From: Bispira polyomma
Lineage: Eukaryota
Direction: 5' to 3'
DNA length: 64,000 nucleotides
Assembly (NCBI GenBank): GCA_965649765.1
Contig: OZ287755.1
Coordinates: 3,472,001-3,536,000 of the forward strand
Within the stretch, counting starts at the first letter, position 1; every line of letters begins with the position of its first letter. A program made the position numbers and the translations under genes. Shown here piece by piece: positions 26,452-37,544 of this stretch. A model generated the notes under the pieces. The model did not search any database. It saw only the letters and a program-made list of their open reading frames with translations, and was not told the origin of the DNA.

Positions 26452-26824
26452 TTTTAAAATGAAGACTAGAAAAAGGTGGGAAAAAGAATTGTTCTCCCAC
26501 ACAAAGAGAATGGGTGTATGTATGGATAAACAGAGTGAATAGTTAGTCGACTCGCCCCCAGGTATTAAGGTAGTTATAAATTTTATTATGTGTGAGGGTG
26601 AACTGAAGTGGCAGACCCCTTCATGGTCGTGCTTGCTACAGTTCACCTAGGTGTGTGCCCAGCTTAAGGAGGTAGCAAGAAGTGGTATTTTAATATATGT
26701 GGTGTAAAGATGTAATAAAACTCTAGGTTTGAGATTTTATTATTTACACGTTAGGACATAGTATGCATGTAAAGAGGGTTAAAGTAGTAAATTTTTAAAA
26801 TTTTTAGATAATTTTAAAACACCC
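26452..26824 (-). repeat. B1-A2 junction of split direct repeats
   Basis: 26639-26824 matches B2; 26452-26638 matches A1; the two abut directly. Confidence 0.95.
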
Positions 26825-26832
26825 AAGCCAAA

Positions 26833-27797
26833 CTAAAAAGAAGAAGGGATAGCAGAAGCAAAGGTGAGGGGGACTGTTGAAGCTGCTTGTGATGTTTTTT
26901 GTAAGTATGTCCAAACTGGTGATGAGCGCCAGAGCCCATGAGCCATGATATTCTGAAGGGATACGTTATTATTGAATGCAAAAGCCCCAGATCTTCTGAA
27001 TGTATGGAAACTGTGAGATTTTTGTGGAATTCCAGAGTGTGTGAGTGCTGAAGAAAGGGCAGAAAGTATGTGTGTATCTATGATTGATTCATAAGGTGGA
27101 GAACAGGCAGCAAATAAAGGAGATGTATCTGGTATAGGTCTAGAGTGCAATAGCTGTTGCAATGCCTTAACTGGCCATAAGTCTTTATTCTGTAATTTTG
27201 GAATCTGTACAATGTGTACTTCCCCTCTTGTCTGTAAGGTTTTCGCCCATTTTATTATTATGTGGGCCCCTGGTGGGCCAAAAATGACATCTTTTCTTAG
27301 AAGGTGCCTTGTAGGATCAAACTGAGCCCTTGGGTGTGGTGCAATGTTGGAAATTCTAAGAAAAGCCAAGAATGATAATAGAAATATAGCTCTATATAGA
27401 ATTGGATCAGAGAGAATTACACATGATCTGGAGATAAGATGGATTTCAAATATCCCTCTGGGTTGTGGTCTAAATTGAGAATTGTGTGTTAGGCTTCTGA
27501 GAAACATGGCCACTGTATTGTTTTCAAAAATACTCAAGTTCCAGGAATATCTTTTAGTCATGAATTTCAGGACTGAGAGGTGATTATTGATTGCAGCAGG
27601 TGCAGTACCATTCTGCACCAAGTATTTCATGAAGGCAATTACTATATGTGTATCTATAACTTCCACACCAGCAAAGCATGTAAATGCCATAAATGTCTTA
27701 AATTGACTATTGTAAGTTGAAAATGTCTTTGGCCGAAGGGCAGTGTTGATCCTTGCCCAGGCAGATCCCAGTAAGGCTTGTGTAGTTTCAGTGGAAC
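26833..27797 (-). CDS. tyrosine recombinase of copy 3 (open frame from putative splice acceptor)
   Basis: ORF 26833..27690 is open a further 107 nt upstream to tttcag|; FLRISN, KWAKT, HTFRRSG, HGLW, Y motifs. Confidence 0.9.
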
Positions 27798-27799
27798 CT

Positions 27800-30462
27800 G
27801 AAATTATAAATGAATATCAAATTCAAAGAAGTTCAGTGGGATTTGATGCCACACGAAGTTCTCTTGCATTAATACTATTTGTTCCTTATTTGAAAATTGG
27901 TCTGAATAAACTCTTGAAAGTGCATCTGCCTTTTATGTGTTCTATTTCTAGTTGTATGTCATAAGTGGCTGATAACAGCCATATGTTTTTAAGGCATAAT
28001 GCCAAGAAATCGTCCTTAGTTTTATTAGAGCCAACCACTAGAACCACTGCCATATTGTCACAGAAAACTCTTATTACATTATGGGACCACTGCTTTCCCC
28101 ATAATTTAAGTGCTAAGATAATATTTAGCATTTCAATGTGTACAACAGACACTTGCTTATTGTACACATTATAAAAAGGTGTTGCATAAACTTGATTATT
28201 GAAGCAGCCACCTAGACCTGTTAGGCATGTGTCGATATAAACTATGTTATTGTTACTAGTAATTGGAGAAATAAAGTTAATACCATTATAATTTTTCAAA
28301 AATTTTATGAACCAGCTTATGTCTGCTCTCATTTTGTTCGTAATTTTAAATCTTTTTGCCTGTGCATTAGCCCGAAAAACCATGAGTAGTCTATTGATAA
28401 AAATTCTGGCTGGCTTGACACACTTATGGATATACAGTAATTTTTCTAAGATGGAATTTTGCTCTGGAAATCCACTGCTTTTCATAGACTTCCTTTACAT
28501 AGTTGAAATGTTTCTTCGATTTTCTCTTGGGTAATACTGATCGTTCCTGCCTGTATGTCTATATCTATCACTAAACAGGTGACCTTAGTGTCAGGAGGTG
28601 ACAGTTTGTCTGGATTGGTGGGGAGACCTAAGGAATCTACTAATTTTCGTAACTCATGAAATGCTCCCTCTTGTCTTTATTCGATATGCAGACGTAGTCA
28701 TCGATGTAGCAGAAGACTTTATGGTTGTGCTTAGCCATGACGTAGGCAATCATGTCCGAACAGCGCTGAAATGTGGCCGAGTACCATAGCAGATACCTAG
28801 CTTGATAGCATCAACCGAGTCAACTCGTAAGTTCCTGGAAGCTCTGGCCACGTCCAGTTTTATGATTCGTGCTTCCGGTGCAGCTTGTATTTCTGCTACA
28901 ATGTCATCTATCATTGGAAATTTTAGAACAAATTTTGTACCGTCGAATTCTTGCTTATCTACATTGTCATTAAGCGAGGCCCCTTGTGGGTATGATAGAT
29001 TTAGAATAACGCGGCGTTTGTTTGTGTCCTTTGGGAGCAGAGTAGAGGGGAGCAGTGGTATAAGTCACTTTCTATATTCTTTACTGGGCCCAACATGGCA
29101 CCATGAGCACTTTCTTTCTCTAGATATTCCCTAACTGCAGTGTTATATTGGAGGGCAGAATAGTGGTTGTTTGCTTTTTGTATGTTCAATTGAGCCAAAT
29201 TTTCAATATTGAAATAATTATTTATCTGGGTGATCTTTAAGAATTTCCTCCCAACTGTGTAGGTTCAAACCCGAGACCAATGGAATTCTAGCCCCTCTGT
29301 AATTGGGGACCCCAGTTGAGTGAATAATGTTTGCAGTATATAATAGTTGTGGTATACTTGATATGAGAATGGGCTTCCTATCTGGGCCTTGAAATGTAAA
29401 GCTTGTGTCTGATAGAGCAATGAAGCCCTTATCCTTGTTGGGCAAGTTAAAGTCATAAAACTTTTCTTTATTAGTAAGTTTCTTATCAGTAGAAATTTCT
29501 GAAATTTTGTCGAAGAGGTCGGGCAACGCCATGATTATCTTGTCCTGAACATCCTTGTTCACATTATATACTTTATTCAAATTACATACATTACTTGGTA
29601 TATTAATACTATTCTGCTGCAAGTCAGCTTAGTTCATTTCTAATATATCATCTATAATTCCTGTGATGTGACGAGTATAATCATACCCATATGTTTTAAT
29701 ACCTTCAACATCCTTGTTGTACTTGTCATATATCTGTTTGGGTGTTAAGTCACCCTTATCCAAATTAGTTTCATTTACTTTATAATTTACATTATCTATA
29801 AATGCAGTTAATGTTACTTCAGTCACCATAGTATACAAGATGTCCAGTGGACTAGTTGGTAGCTGTTCACATTTAATATAGTTACATGATTGCCGATTGG
29901 CATTGTATTGCTGGATAAAAAACCCTGCCATTTTTGGTTTATGGATCTTAATATATAAAACTGGGAGTGGGTAATCCCAATGGTTGAACTTATGCGACCA
30001 ATTTGTCATTTGTATGGTGGCCTTAGCCATTATTGCAGGCTTGCTTAACCAGTTCTTATTTTTAGTCTGGTTACCACATTCCTTGTTCTGTGGGAGTACA
30101 TTATTGTTACCAACTGTTTGCAGTGCATTTGTATACAATAGTAAATTATTGCTATCAATTTGTACTTGCTCTTCATGCAATACCCTTGTTTCTATCTCAC
30201 AAGCTTTGATTACACCCTGACTAATCTCAGCTGTTGTACTACAGTTATCTTCTAGATTACCTAAAACTTTACTGACCTTTACAGTATCTAATTTATCTAA
30301 CTTTATATCAGCATCAGGTTTTTTTAAACTATCATTTGACTCAAGTTTGGTCATATCTGCTCTATTTTTATCAGAATCTAATGCTACAGTACAATCAACA
30401 TTATTATTGTTAACCCCAATATACTTTCCCAAAGTTCGTTTTACTAGTGGTTGGCTAATCTC
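27800..30462 (-). pseudogene. pol (N-terminal extension, RT, RNase H) of copy 3
   Basis: ORFs 29629..30432, 29218..29622, 29001..29198, 27886..28485; CYIDDY motif near 28700; frameshifts and deletions. Confidence 0.88.
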
Positions 30463-31716
30463 CTAACTGCTGTTACTTGGTTTGATCTCATGTTGTTTGG
30501 ATGAATTTGACCAGTAACATTTAAATTCTGGGTGCACCACATCCTTATGCAGCACAGTGGCACAGTGCCAGCAGATGTGCCTGTATTGCCCGTGATCTGT
30601 CTTGTTGTTACATTTGCCTGTGTTGTAAAGCTTACAGATGGTCCTGGAAGAAGTGGAGGCCTGATTGCCGTGCGAGTTGTACAAGCCGTGAGAGTGAGAC
30701 GAATGCGCCATGGCCATCTGGGATGCGTTGAGACGATTCAACGCCCACTGGGTGTTGTTACCCCACTGAAGACGACCCTCTTCTATCTCATGCATGTTAT
30801 GCAACCACGAAGTACGAACCACTTCCCACGGGAGTGAGGCAGCGTCTCGAAGAGATAAAATTACTTGCTGACACATTGCTTTCAAAATGGCCGGGTCTGT
30901 GACCTTCATTGCATTGGCTAGTTGCCCCGCCGCCCACTGGGGTAGTGAAAGTTTATCAAACGTAGGCCGTTTCCTGGACGTTCCCCCCACCCAACCTTCA
31001 TTCGCCCACCTCAATTTTGGATCTGTCGTCGGTATATCTGTGCTATTAAACCGCCCAGACTTTTGATGTGGGGTCGGCTTACCTTGGGCGAGTCTTTTCT
31101 GTGCTTGGATCTCGTATTCTGCCAGCCGTTTGTTCACTAGTGCTTGGACGTCGGATAGTGACTTCAATACATCCACCGTAGGTACTATAGCATCGGCTGT
31201 ATAGTCGACGTGAGCAGGAGGGAGCGTTGGCTGTGAAGGTACAGTTACTACAGGTAATGGTTGTGCTACAGTCGGGTGGGTCTGTGTGTTGGGAGCCGGC
31301 AAAGTAGTATTCTGGCTTACCTGTGTTTCCATCTGGTCTGGTCGACTCGTGATCCGTTCATTGGATTGCGAAAGTTTGTCCAGCATTACTAGCATTGATG
31401 ATATAATCTGGCCATCCGAACTTGACCCTATGGGGACGTTATGTTGCTGCTGTAGGACTTGTAAACGAGGACCTACTGTGTGAATCTGGGTTCCATGAAG
31501 TAACGGGGACGCGAATTGAGCAGGTAATACCTGGTTCAACGGGGTCTGTTGCTCCGTGGTGCTGCTGTCACTAGCTTCCCTGCTCACCAATTTCCGTCGA
31601 GACGTTTTGGCTTTACTGGTACTTTTACTAGTCTCTTTTTTCTTATTATCCAATGGTGTCTTTTTCGTTCTACCCTTCCTTGTACTGTATATGCTAAACT
31701 CAGAATTACCAAACAA
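30463..31716 (-). CDS. gag-like ORF1 of copy 3 with C-terminal zinc finger
   Basis: Open 417-codon frame; CKLYNTGKC..H..HICWHC..HPEFKC; start codon uncertain. Confidence 0.88.
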   Translation of the reverse strand: MFGNSEFSIYSTRKGRTKKTPLDNKKKETSKSTSKAKTSRRKLVSREASDSSTTEQQTPLNQVLPAQFASPLLHGTQIHTVGPRLQVLQQQHNVPIGSSSDGQIISSMLVMLDKLSQSNERITSRPDQMETQVSQNTTLPAPNTQTHPTVAQPLPVVTVPSQPTLPPAHVDYTADAIVPTVDVLKSLSDVQALVNKRLAEYEIQAQKRLAQGKPTPHQKSGRFNSTDIPTTDPKLRWANEGWVGGTSRKRPTFDKLSLPQWAAGQLANAMKVTDPAILKAMCQQVILSLRDAASLPWEVVRTSWLHNMHEIEEGRLQWGNNTQWALNRLNASQMAMAHSSHSHGLYNSHGNQASTSSRTICKLYNTGKCNNKTDHGQYRHICWHCATVLHKDVVHPEFKCYWSNSSKQHEIKPSNSS

Positions 31717-31772
31717 ACAAAATAAACTAAAATACTAAAACATAAAACCAATATAATAAAGTTCATGTAAAC

Positions 31773-31963
31773 TTTTAAAATGAAGACTAGAAAAATGTGG
31801 GAAAAAGTATTGTTCTCCTACAAAAAGAGAATGGATGTATGTATGGCTATATAGACAGAGTGAATAGTTAGTTGACTCGCCCCCAGGTATTAAGGTAGTT
31901 ATAAATTTTATTATGTGTGAGGGTGAACTGAAGTGGCAGACCCCTTCATGGTCGTGCTTGCTA
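31773..31963 (-). repeat. split direct repeat A1
   Basis: Near-identical to 26452-26638. Confidence 0.95.
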
Positions 31964-32089
31964 AAAAACCCTATTGTCTGCATCTCACTGGCTACTTCTG
32001 CACCTATTTAAATATATATAAATCAGTATATGAGAGGCTTTGTGGTACCTGCAAAACCATACACACACAATACTTAGAGTTTGGCTTGT

Positions 32090-32270
32090 GATCAGATGAG
32101 AAGTAAAATTTAGTCAGATTTAATGGTAGAAGAAACCATTACTGAATCAATGTAAACCACTGGCTCACAGTAAGTACCTGACAAACTTCCCCACATAATG
32201 GAGTGGACAGTATTAACCCCACATCGGCAAGAGGCCAGTCACAGTTTTGTGGTATAACTTCACAATAGTC
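32090..32270 (-). mobile_element. degenerate SINE
   Basis: GAAACC..AAACCACTGGCTCACAGTAAGTACC..CTTCCCCACAT resembles 335-415 of the first SINE. Confidence 0.5.
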
Positions 32271-33059
32271 ATTAAAGGATACAGTAGCCTTGGGGTTAGA
32301 TGTGAACACACAATAAGCCTCTCTGGTGGCAACCAGTGCTAAGTTATATATACATAAAATTACGGGGTTGACATAATAAGTTATAATACTGTGGAAAAAA
32401 TAGTAACATTTCAGCAATGTATTTTCTGGATTGTCTCTGTCATAACTGGATAACAGATTGGTATTTACTTTGAGATATTTTGGAGTCCCTCTGATTACTC
32501 GTTGTGTCAACATTTGGCCATGACTCTCATTAAATATTGTAGATAATTTTTATGAACACTTGTGATGCCTGTTCCTGGGTAATATTAAGATATTTCGGAG
32601 TCACTCTCTCCAATTATTAAACTGATTACTCGTTGTGTCAACCTCTATACGGCCTCTGCCCTTATAATGCCTCTGGTAGAAGTGTTCACTTCAACGATAC
32701 AGAACTAGACCTTTGCTCACATAGTGAGACAAAACGATAGAATGATACAATGCTGCCTAATGAGGCGAAAGTCTCTAGTAAGGCCAATCAAGCTGAAAGT
32801 AAAAACAATGATAATGTCAAGAATCCACAAGTTAATACTAAATACTTCCAGTTGTGATTAGTGCTATGCAACTTCACCTTATACTACACTCTCATCCAGA
32901 AGAATTGAAGAATATATCCATCCTTGGTAGATTGAATCATATTGTGATAAACTAACAGATGTAAAAATTAATGCAGAGTCATCGCTGAAAAAATAAAAAC
33001 ATAAAGCCATAAAAAACATTTATCTTATGGCTCGGTGACTAATCACTTGCTTCATATGT

Positions 33060-33300
33060 TTCGATTCGATTTGAGTTGGACGGCTATTCAAGACATTGTA
33101 TAGGTGATATTATTACAGGCAGTTTTAGTGCTGGAGGAAACCAATATACACTACTTGTTCAAGATTTAAAACTGTAAACCAGTGACTATTGGCAAGCAAC
33201 TGCCAACTTTCCCACTTAAAGCCCAGGCCAAGATTCAAATGAGTAACTTAGAGGTGGGAAGTGAGTGTGTTAGCATTGCGCCACAAAGGCACCCTCATTT
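33060..33300 (-). mobile_element. degenerate SINE
   Basis: GCTGGAGGAAACC..GTTCAAG..AAACCAGTG..CTTTCCCAC..AGAGGTG collinear with the first SINE. Confidence 0.55.
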
Positions 33301-33699
33301 CGTAGAGGAAAAGAACCAGCTACTTTCATGGGGTCTACCAAAAATTACAAGGGTTACATCTTGGTAGCTTAATACAGGTTTTATCCAGTCATCCACAATT
33401 ACAGCCAGGGTTAGAGCTGGGTGTCCTAATATGCTACTACCCGCATTACTTATAATTACACTGTTAAACAAGCAAAACGGTTGATAGCCTCTACTTTTTT
33501 TAGCTAATCGGCATGCAAATCACAAATGGTAACAAACTAAATCACAAATCTAATATTTCAAATGGATGGCAATTGCTATCATAGCTCAGATAATTTAATT
33601 AATGGCTCTCATAAACTGTTTGTATATGTCTTTTTTATTTAGCAGTATGGTTCCCCATGTTGTAGTAGTTCAGGCCTTTTATATTCTAAGATTGTACCT

Positions 33700-34060
33700 A
33701 TTTGTAAGGGTAGTGGAAAGTCAAACTGGTTTAGGTTGTCATATAGGTAATATTTTTACAGGGGCATTTGGGTATGCAGTTGATATTATTTTATTAGTCC
33801 CATTTTGCATTAAATACATTGTCTCAAATATGTAACTAATTTAATAGCGATTGTGATATGAAATTTAATCCATATAAGAGTAAGCGCCTCATATATGGGA
33901 ACAATATAACTCGGATAACAATAGCTAATATTTGTACTGAGTGTCAGTCAATGGAGATTTAATTGGTCCCAAGTTAGGTGAAGAAAACATTAAAAGTAAA
34001 ATAAATAACATGTTCGTGAATTTTAAGCATATCATCACTATATTTGGTAAGGCTTCATAT
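33700..34060 (+). mobile_element. non-LTR retrotransposon RT fragment
   Basis: GCHIGNIFTGAFGYAVDIILLVP, a decayed YADD motif. Confidence 0.6.
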
Positions 34061-34074
34061 ATCATTTTTGTTGC

Positions 34075-34870
34075 CATCGAATTTGGTTTTATCCAAATGC
34101 AGCTTTAGCTTATTTAGCGCCATCCAATTATGAACATCTGGTAAGCATTTCTAAAGTACTTCCAGGGCACCAATTGATGTGTTTGGAGTAAGATGCACGT
34201 AGATGTGTGTATGATCTGCATAGAAGTGATACTTTAGAAGAGAACAGGAGGAAAAAGTTTTGCTAATGGGTGTAGTGAATAATAGAAATAGAAGAGGTCC
34301 AAGAACAGACCCTTGTGGCACCCTAGATTTTAGCATTTGTAAGTCCGATAGAATATCGTCAATTTTAATAGACTGGTACCTGTTTGACAAATAGAAAACA
34401 AACAATTGCAAGAAAAAGTCCTTCAGACCAAACCAGGTTTTTAGTCTTTCAATGAGGACATTGCGATCAATAGTGTCGAAAGCAGCTGATAAGTCAAACA
34501 ATACTAATGCAGTGGGAACATCCTTTGATAAAGACATATGAATATCGCTTTTAATATAAAGCAAAACTGTTTCAGTTAAATCGTATTTTTTTATATGCTG
34601 ATTGGTAGGTGTTCTTAAGGCTGACTGTTGAGTTGTTGGGCTGCAGTCTTGTATATGGACTATGCTATATCTCAATTTTGAGATATATCATAGTCTATAT
34701 ACATGTCGAAAATATTTTAAGTAATTTTTTGGTAATGAAGCCATTTTTATTATAGGAGTGACAACAGCCCTTTTCAACATAGTTGGAAACACACCTTGAG
34801 CTAAGAAATTGGTAACCAGTTTTGTGATTGGTAGTAGAAGAATGTCCACACATTCCTTTTCAAGGAAAGT
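34075..34870 (-). mobile_element. L2 LINE RT fragment
   Basis: ORF 34151..34675 (DLSAAFDTID, VPQGSVLGP, YADHT), similar to the L2 at 6656-9446. Confidence 0.85.
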
Positions 34871-35358
34871 ATGCTATAACACGAGTAAATAACATGATAA
34901 CACGACCCTGGTATGTGGGATATGTTGCATTTTTTTTTTCAATGAGAAATATGTAGAGTGAATTGTCAGTATACTAGAATATGTGTATACATCTTGATAA
35001 GAGATTGTTAAAATGAATAAAAAATGTTACATGAAGGTTGTTATGTTTAGTAAACCTGTTAAAGCTCTACATTTACATCATTAAATATTTAGCTATAACA
35101 TATAGTTATATTTGCTGGTCAAAGATAAGAGGGATGTGATTATATCTTTTGATCCACACTGAAAATATTACAAAATGCAGTGTTGTTACTAGGTGTGAAC
35201 AAACAAATGTAATCAATTTTTACGGATTCTAATTCTAAATCCTGGATGAACAGATGAAAGAACTGGAAGTAATTCCAGTGTGATAAAGCTACAAATTAAT
35301 TGTAAAGGTCTGGTGAAAATCAAATAAAAGACAAGGCAGAGTTGATGTGATATTATGG

Positions 35359-35452
35359 GGTAGCGCCTCGGCGCTACCTTATTCAGTGCTGGGATACCAG
35401 GCTATTGTGAGGGGGCGGGGGCTGTCGACGACTATAAAAGCCCTCGCCCCCT
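35359..35452 (+). promoter_or_regulatory. putative promoter of copy 4: TATA box inside an inverted repeat, with upstream hairpin
   Basis: GGTAGCGCC-TC-GGCGCTACC (35359-35378); AGGGGGCGGGGGCT / AGCCCTCGCCCCCT flanking TATAAAAG (35433-35440); 150 nt upstream of gag ATG. Confidence 0.5.
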
Positions 35453-35591
35453 AACTTTTGCCGCCTTTTCGAAGTTTGCAGAACAACAAGCATTTAAAAA
35501 CGACGTGGCTTTTCAATTTATCTACTTTGATTTTAATGTTTTTAGTATTTTAACGGTTTTATTGTAGTATTATTCAAACTTATACCTAGTC

Positions 35592-36599
35592 ATGCCTCCG
35601 GTGAGAGAATATTCATGTTTTAAATGTTTTAAAAGACATGCAAAGCCCACAGGGAAACACTGCATTTTTGAGGATCAGGCCAGCCAGGACAGCCACACCC
35701 AGGAGTCCACTTCAAATGGTCAGATAAGTAATTCTATTTCGGAAGCTATTCTTAAACAGTTACAAACCATGAATGAAGCGATGGAAAAAATGAACAAACG
35801 GGTGCAGCTGACCGAGGCTGCCGAGGCAGCTCTGACCAAGAACCTCAACAGTGCTAAGGGTGGTAACACCGCTTCTGATTCCGGAATCAGTTCTGCCAGC
35901 TTGGAAAGTGACACCATTGTTCCTAGCGTCGATTTTTTAAAACAAAATGTTCAAATTCAAACCCAGGTCGAGCAGCGGCTCACTGAGTTAAAAACTCTGA
36001 ACAAAAACCCTCAAGGTAAAGTTAAATCGCAGAGGGGAGGCGGGACCGACGTTATTGTAAAACGAATAGTGGACTGGCCACAGAATCATGTCTTGTCGGG
36101 TTCTTCCAAAGCCAGGCCTTCTTATGATGACCTTACGCTACTACAGTGGGTCAGCGGTTTTACCCGGATTATCCAGGACGAGAAGTGTCCAAAAGTCAGG
36201 GCTGCCATGCTAGAATACATGGGGGGTTTGATGGAAGACGCGCAGGATTTTTCCTGGGAGGCCGCCAAGGTCTGTCACGCTGTAATTTTAACTAAAATGG
36301 AAATGGACAGGCTAAATTGGATGGAAACGGACAAAGTCGATAGAATCCGTAGGGCTCATGCCCAGAGGCACATACTTCCAAACACGGCTTCAGCAAATGC
36401 TGGTCGAAATTTGGGCGCTGGTTTAAAGAAAACTGGGGCGAAACAGAGCTCGGTTACATGCAGGTTCTTCCAGAAAGGAACTTGCAGGTATCCAACAAGC
36501 CACAAAACGGGTACCCAATTTACAAGCATACATGTGAGACTTGTGAGGCCAGCCACAGAACGAATATGTGCACTAAGAAAATTACAAAAAACTAGGTAA
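35592..36599 (+). CDS. gag-like ORF1 of copy 4 (N-terminal Cx2Cx3Hx7C finger; C-terminal finger frameshifted)
   Basis: 335-aa ORF; homology with 23480-24040; ancestral frame ends ...HTCETCEASH..CTKKITKN* at TAG 36593-36595. Confidence 0.85.
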   Translation: MPPVREYSCFKCFKRHAKPTGKHCIFEDQASQDSHTQESTSNGQISNSISEAILKQLQTMNEAMEKMNKRVQLTEAAEAALTKNLNSAKGGNTASDSGISSASLESDTIVPSVDFLKQNVQIQTQVEQRLTELKTLNKNPQGKVKSQRGGGTDVIVKRIVDWPQNHVLSGSSKARPSYDDLTLLQWVSGFTRIIQDEKCPKVRAAMLEYMGGLMEDAQDFSWEAAKVCHAVILTKMEMDRLNWMETDKVDRIRRAHAQRHILPNTASANAGRNLGAGLKKTGAKQSSVTCRFFQKGTCRYPTSHKTGTQFTSIHVRLVRPATERICALRKLQKTR

Positions 36600-36619
36600 C
36601 CACTGCCATGGGGCAGTGG
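36586..36619 (+). promoter_or_regulatory. putative -1 programmed ribosomal frameshift signal
   Basis: A_AAA_AAC (36586-36592) right before gag TAG; 7-nt spacer; stem CCACTGCC-ATGG-GGCAGTGG; -1 frame equals ORF 36616..36882. Confidence 0.7.
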
Positions 36620-37544
36620 CGTATGAAAATAGGAATAATGTAGTATGGACCAAAACGGTTTATAGCTCAAATTTTAAAAATTTTGATCTGTTTTGCAAGG
36701 AAACGGTACGTAAAATGTGCCAGTATGTTAAAGGAAAGAGAAATAGTTTCAGTTACAGTGACGCAGTTAAGGGCGGAACTGGTGTAGCTTGTAAATATAT
36801 AAAGCAAGACAACAATGTGTGTAAACAGCAGGGGCAGGAAAATACTGCCCAAAACAAAGGTAAATATAAATCTCGAGTTTAGAATGTCGTTGACCACAAA
36901 GTACAGGTGGGAAAACGTGTTTAACTTGAACAAAGGGTCAATAAAAGTCCAAAGTCTCCTAGTGAACAGACGGTCACCCTCTACAATAGATTTGCTGTTC
37001 TTGAAGAAAGGTTTGAGGGAAACAATAGGGATAGGGCTATAAGAGGTGATGAATGTTTTGACACCCCACAGAACCATGGAAATGGGGGGGGGGGGGGTAA
37101 AAGTGTTAACAAAACACCCAGTATGAAAGGCTCTGCCAATAACAAAAATTTCAATGGCTTGGGTAAAGAAAACAATAAAGGTGTGAAGCAGGCTAAGACC
37201 CCAGTGAAAGGTGTCAAAAACACTAAGACCAATAAATCACACATGGCTAGTAGTGACAAAGAGGGTGGAGGCCCCACAGTCACAACCCCAGTTCACTGTA
37301 TTATTCAGGGGAGTGGAGACTCCGGTGGTAATATTGGTGAATATAGTGTGGGGTCTGACAAATATTCCTGGGAACTGCGTCAGAAGCAAAATAAAAAATT
37401 ATTGCTAGAAAAAGCTCAAGGTGTGAACACGTTCAATGAATGGCAAACACAAACAGAATTTCCATATGGTTTTACTTCTATCAGTACTTTAGGTGACAGA
37501 ATTGTGGAAAAAATGCAAAGCATAAGAGTATGTCCATCTTAGAA

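Larger units (their letters stand above)
25520..31963 (-). mobile_element. structurally complete Ngaro-type YR retrotransposon copy 3 (family A)
   Basis: Split direct repeats: A1 31773-31963, A2 26452-26638, B1 26639-26824, B2 25520-25707 (A1-ORFs-B1-A2-spacer-B2); gag, RT/RH, YR; no TSD. Confidence 0.95.

Noticed and set aside
32470-32645. Direct repeat CTGATTACTCGTTGTGTCAAC about 132 bp apart, with ORF 32139..32513
   Set aside because: Looks like a local decayed duplication; the ORF runs into a SINE and has no recognisable domain.
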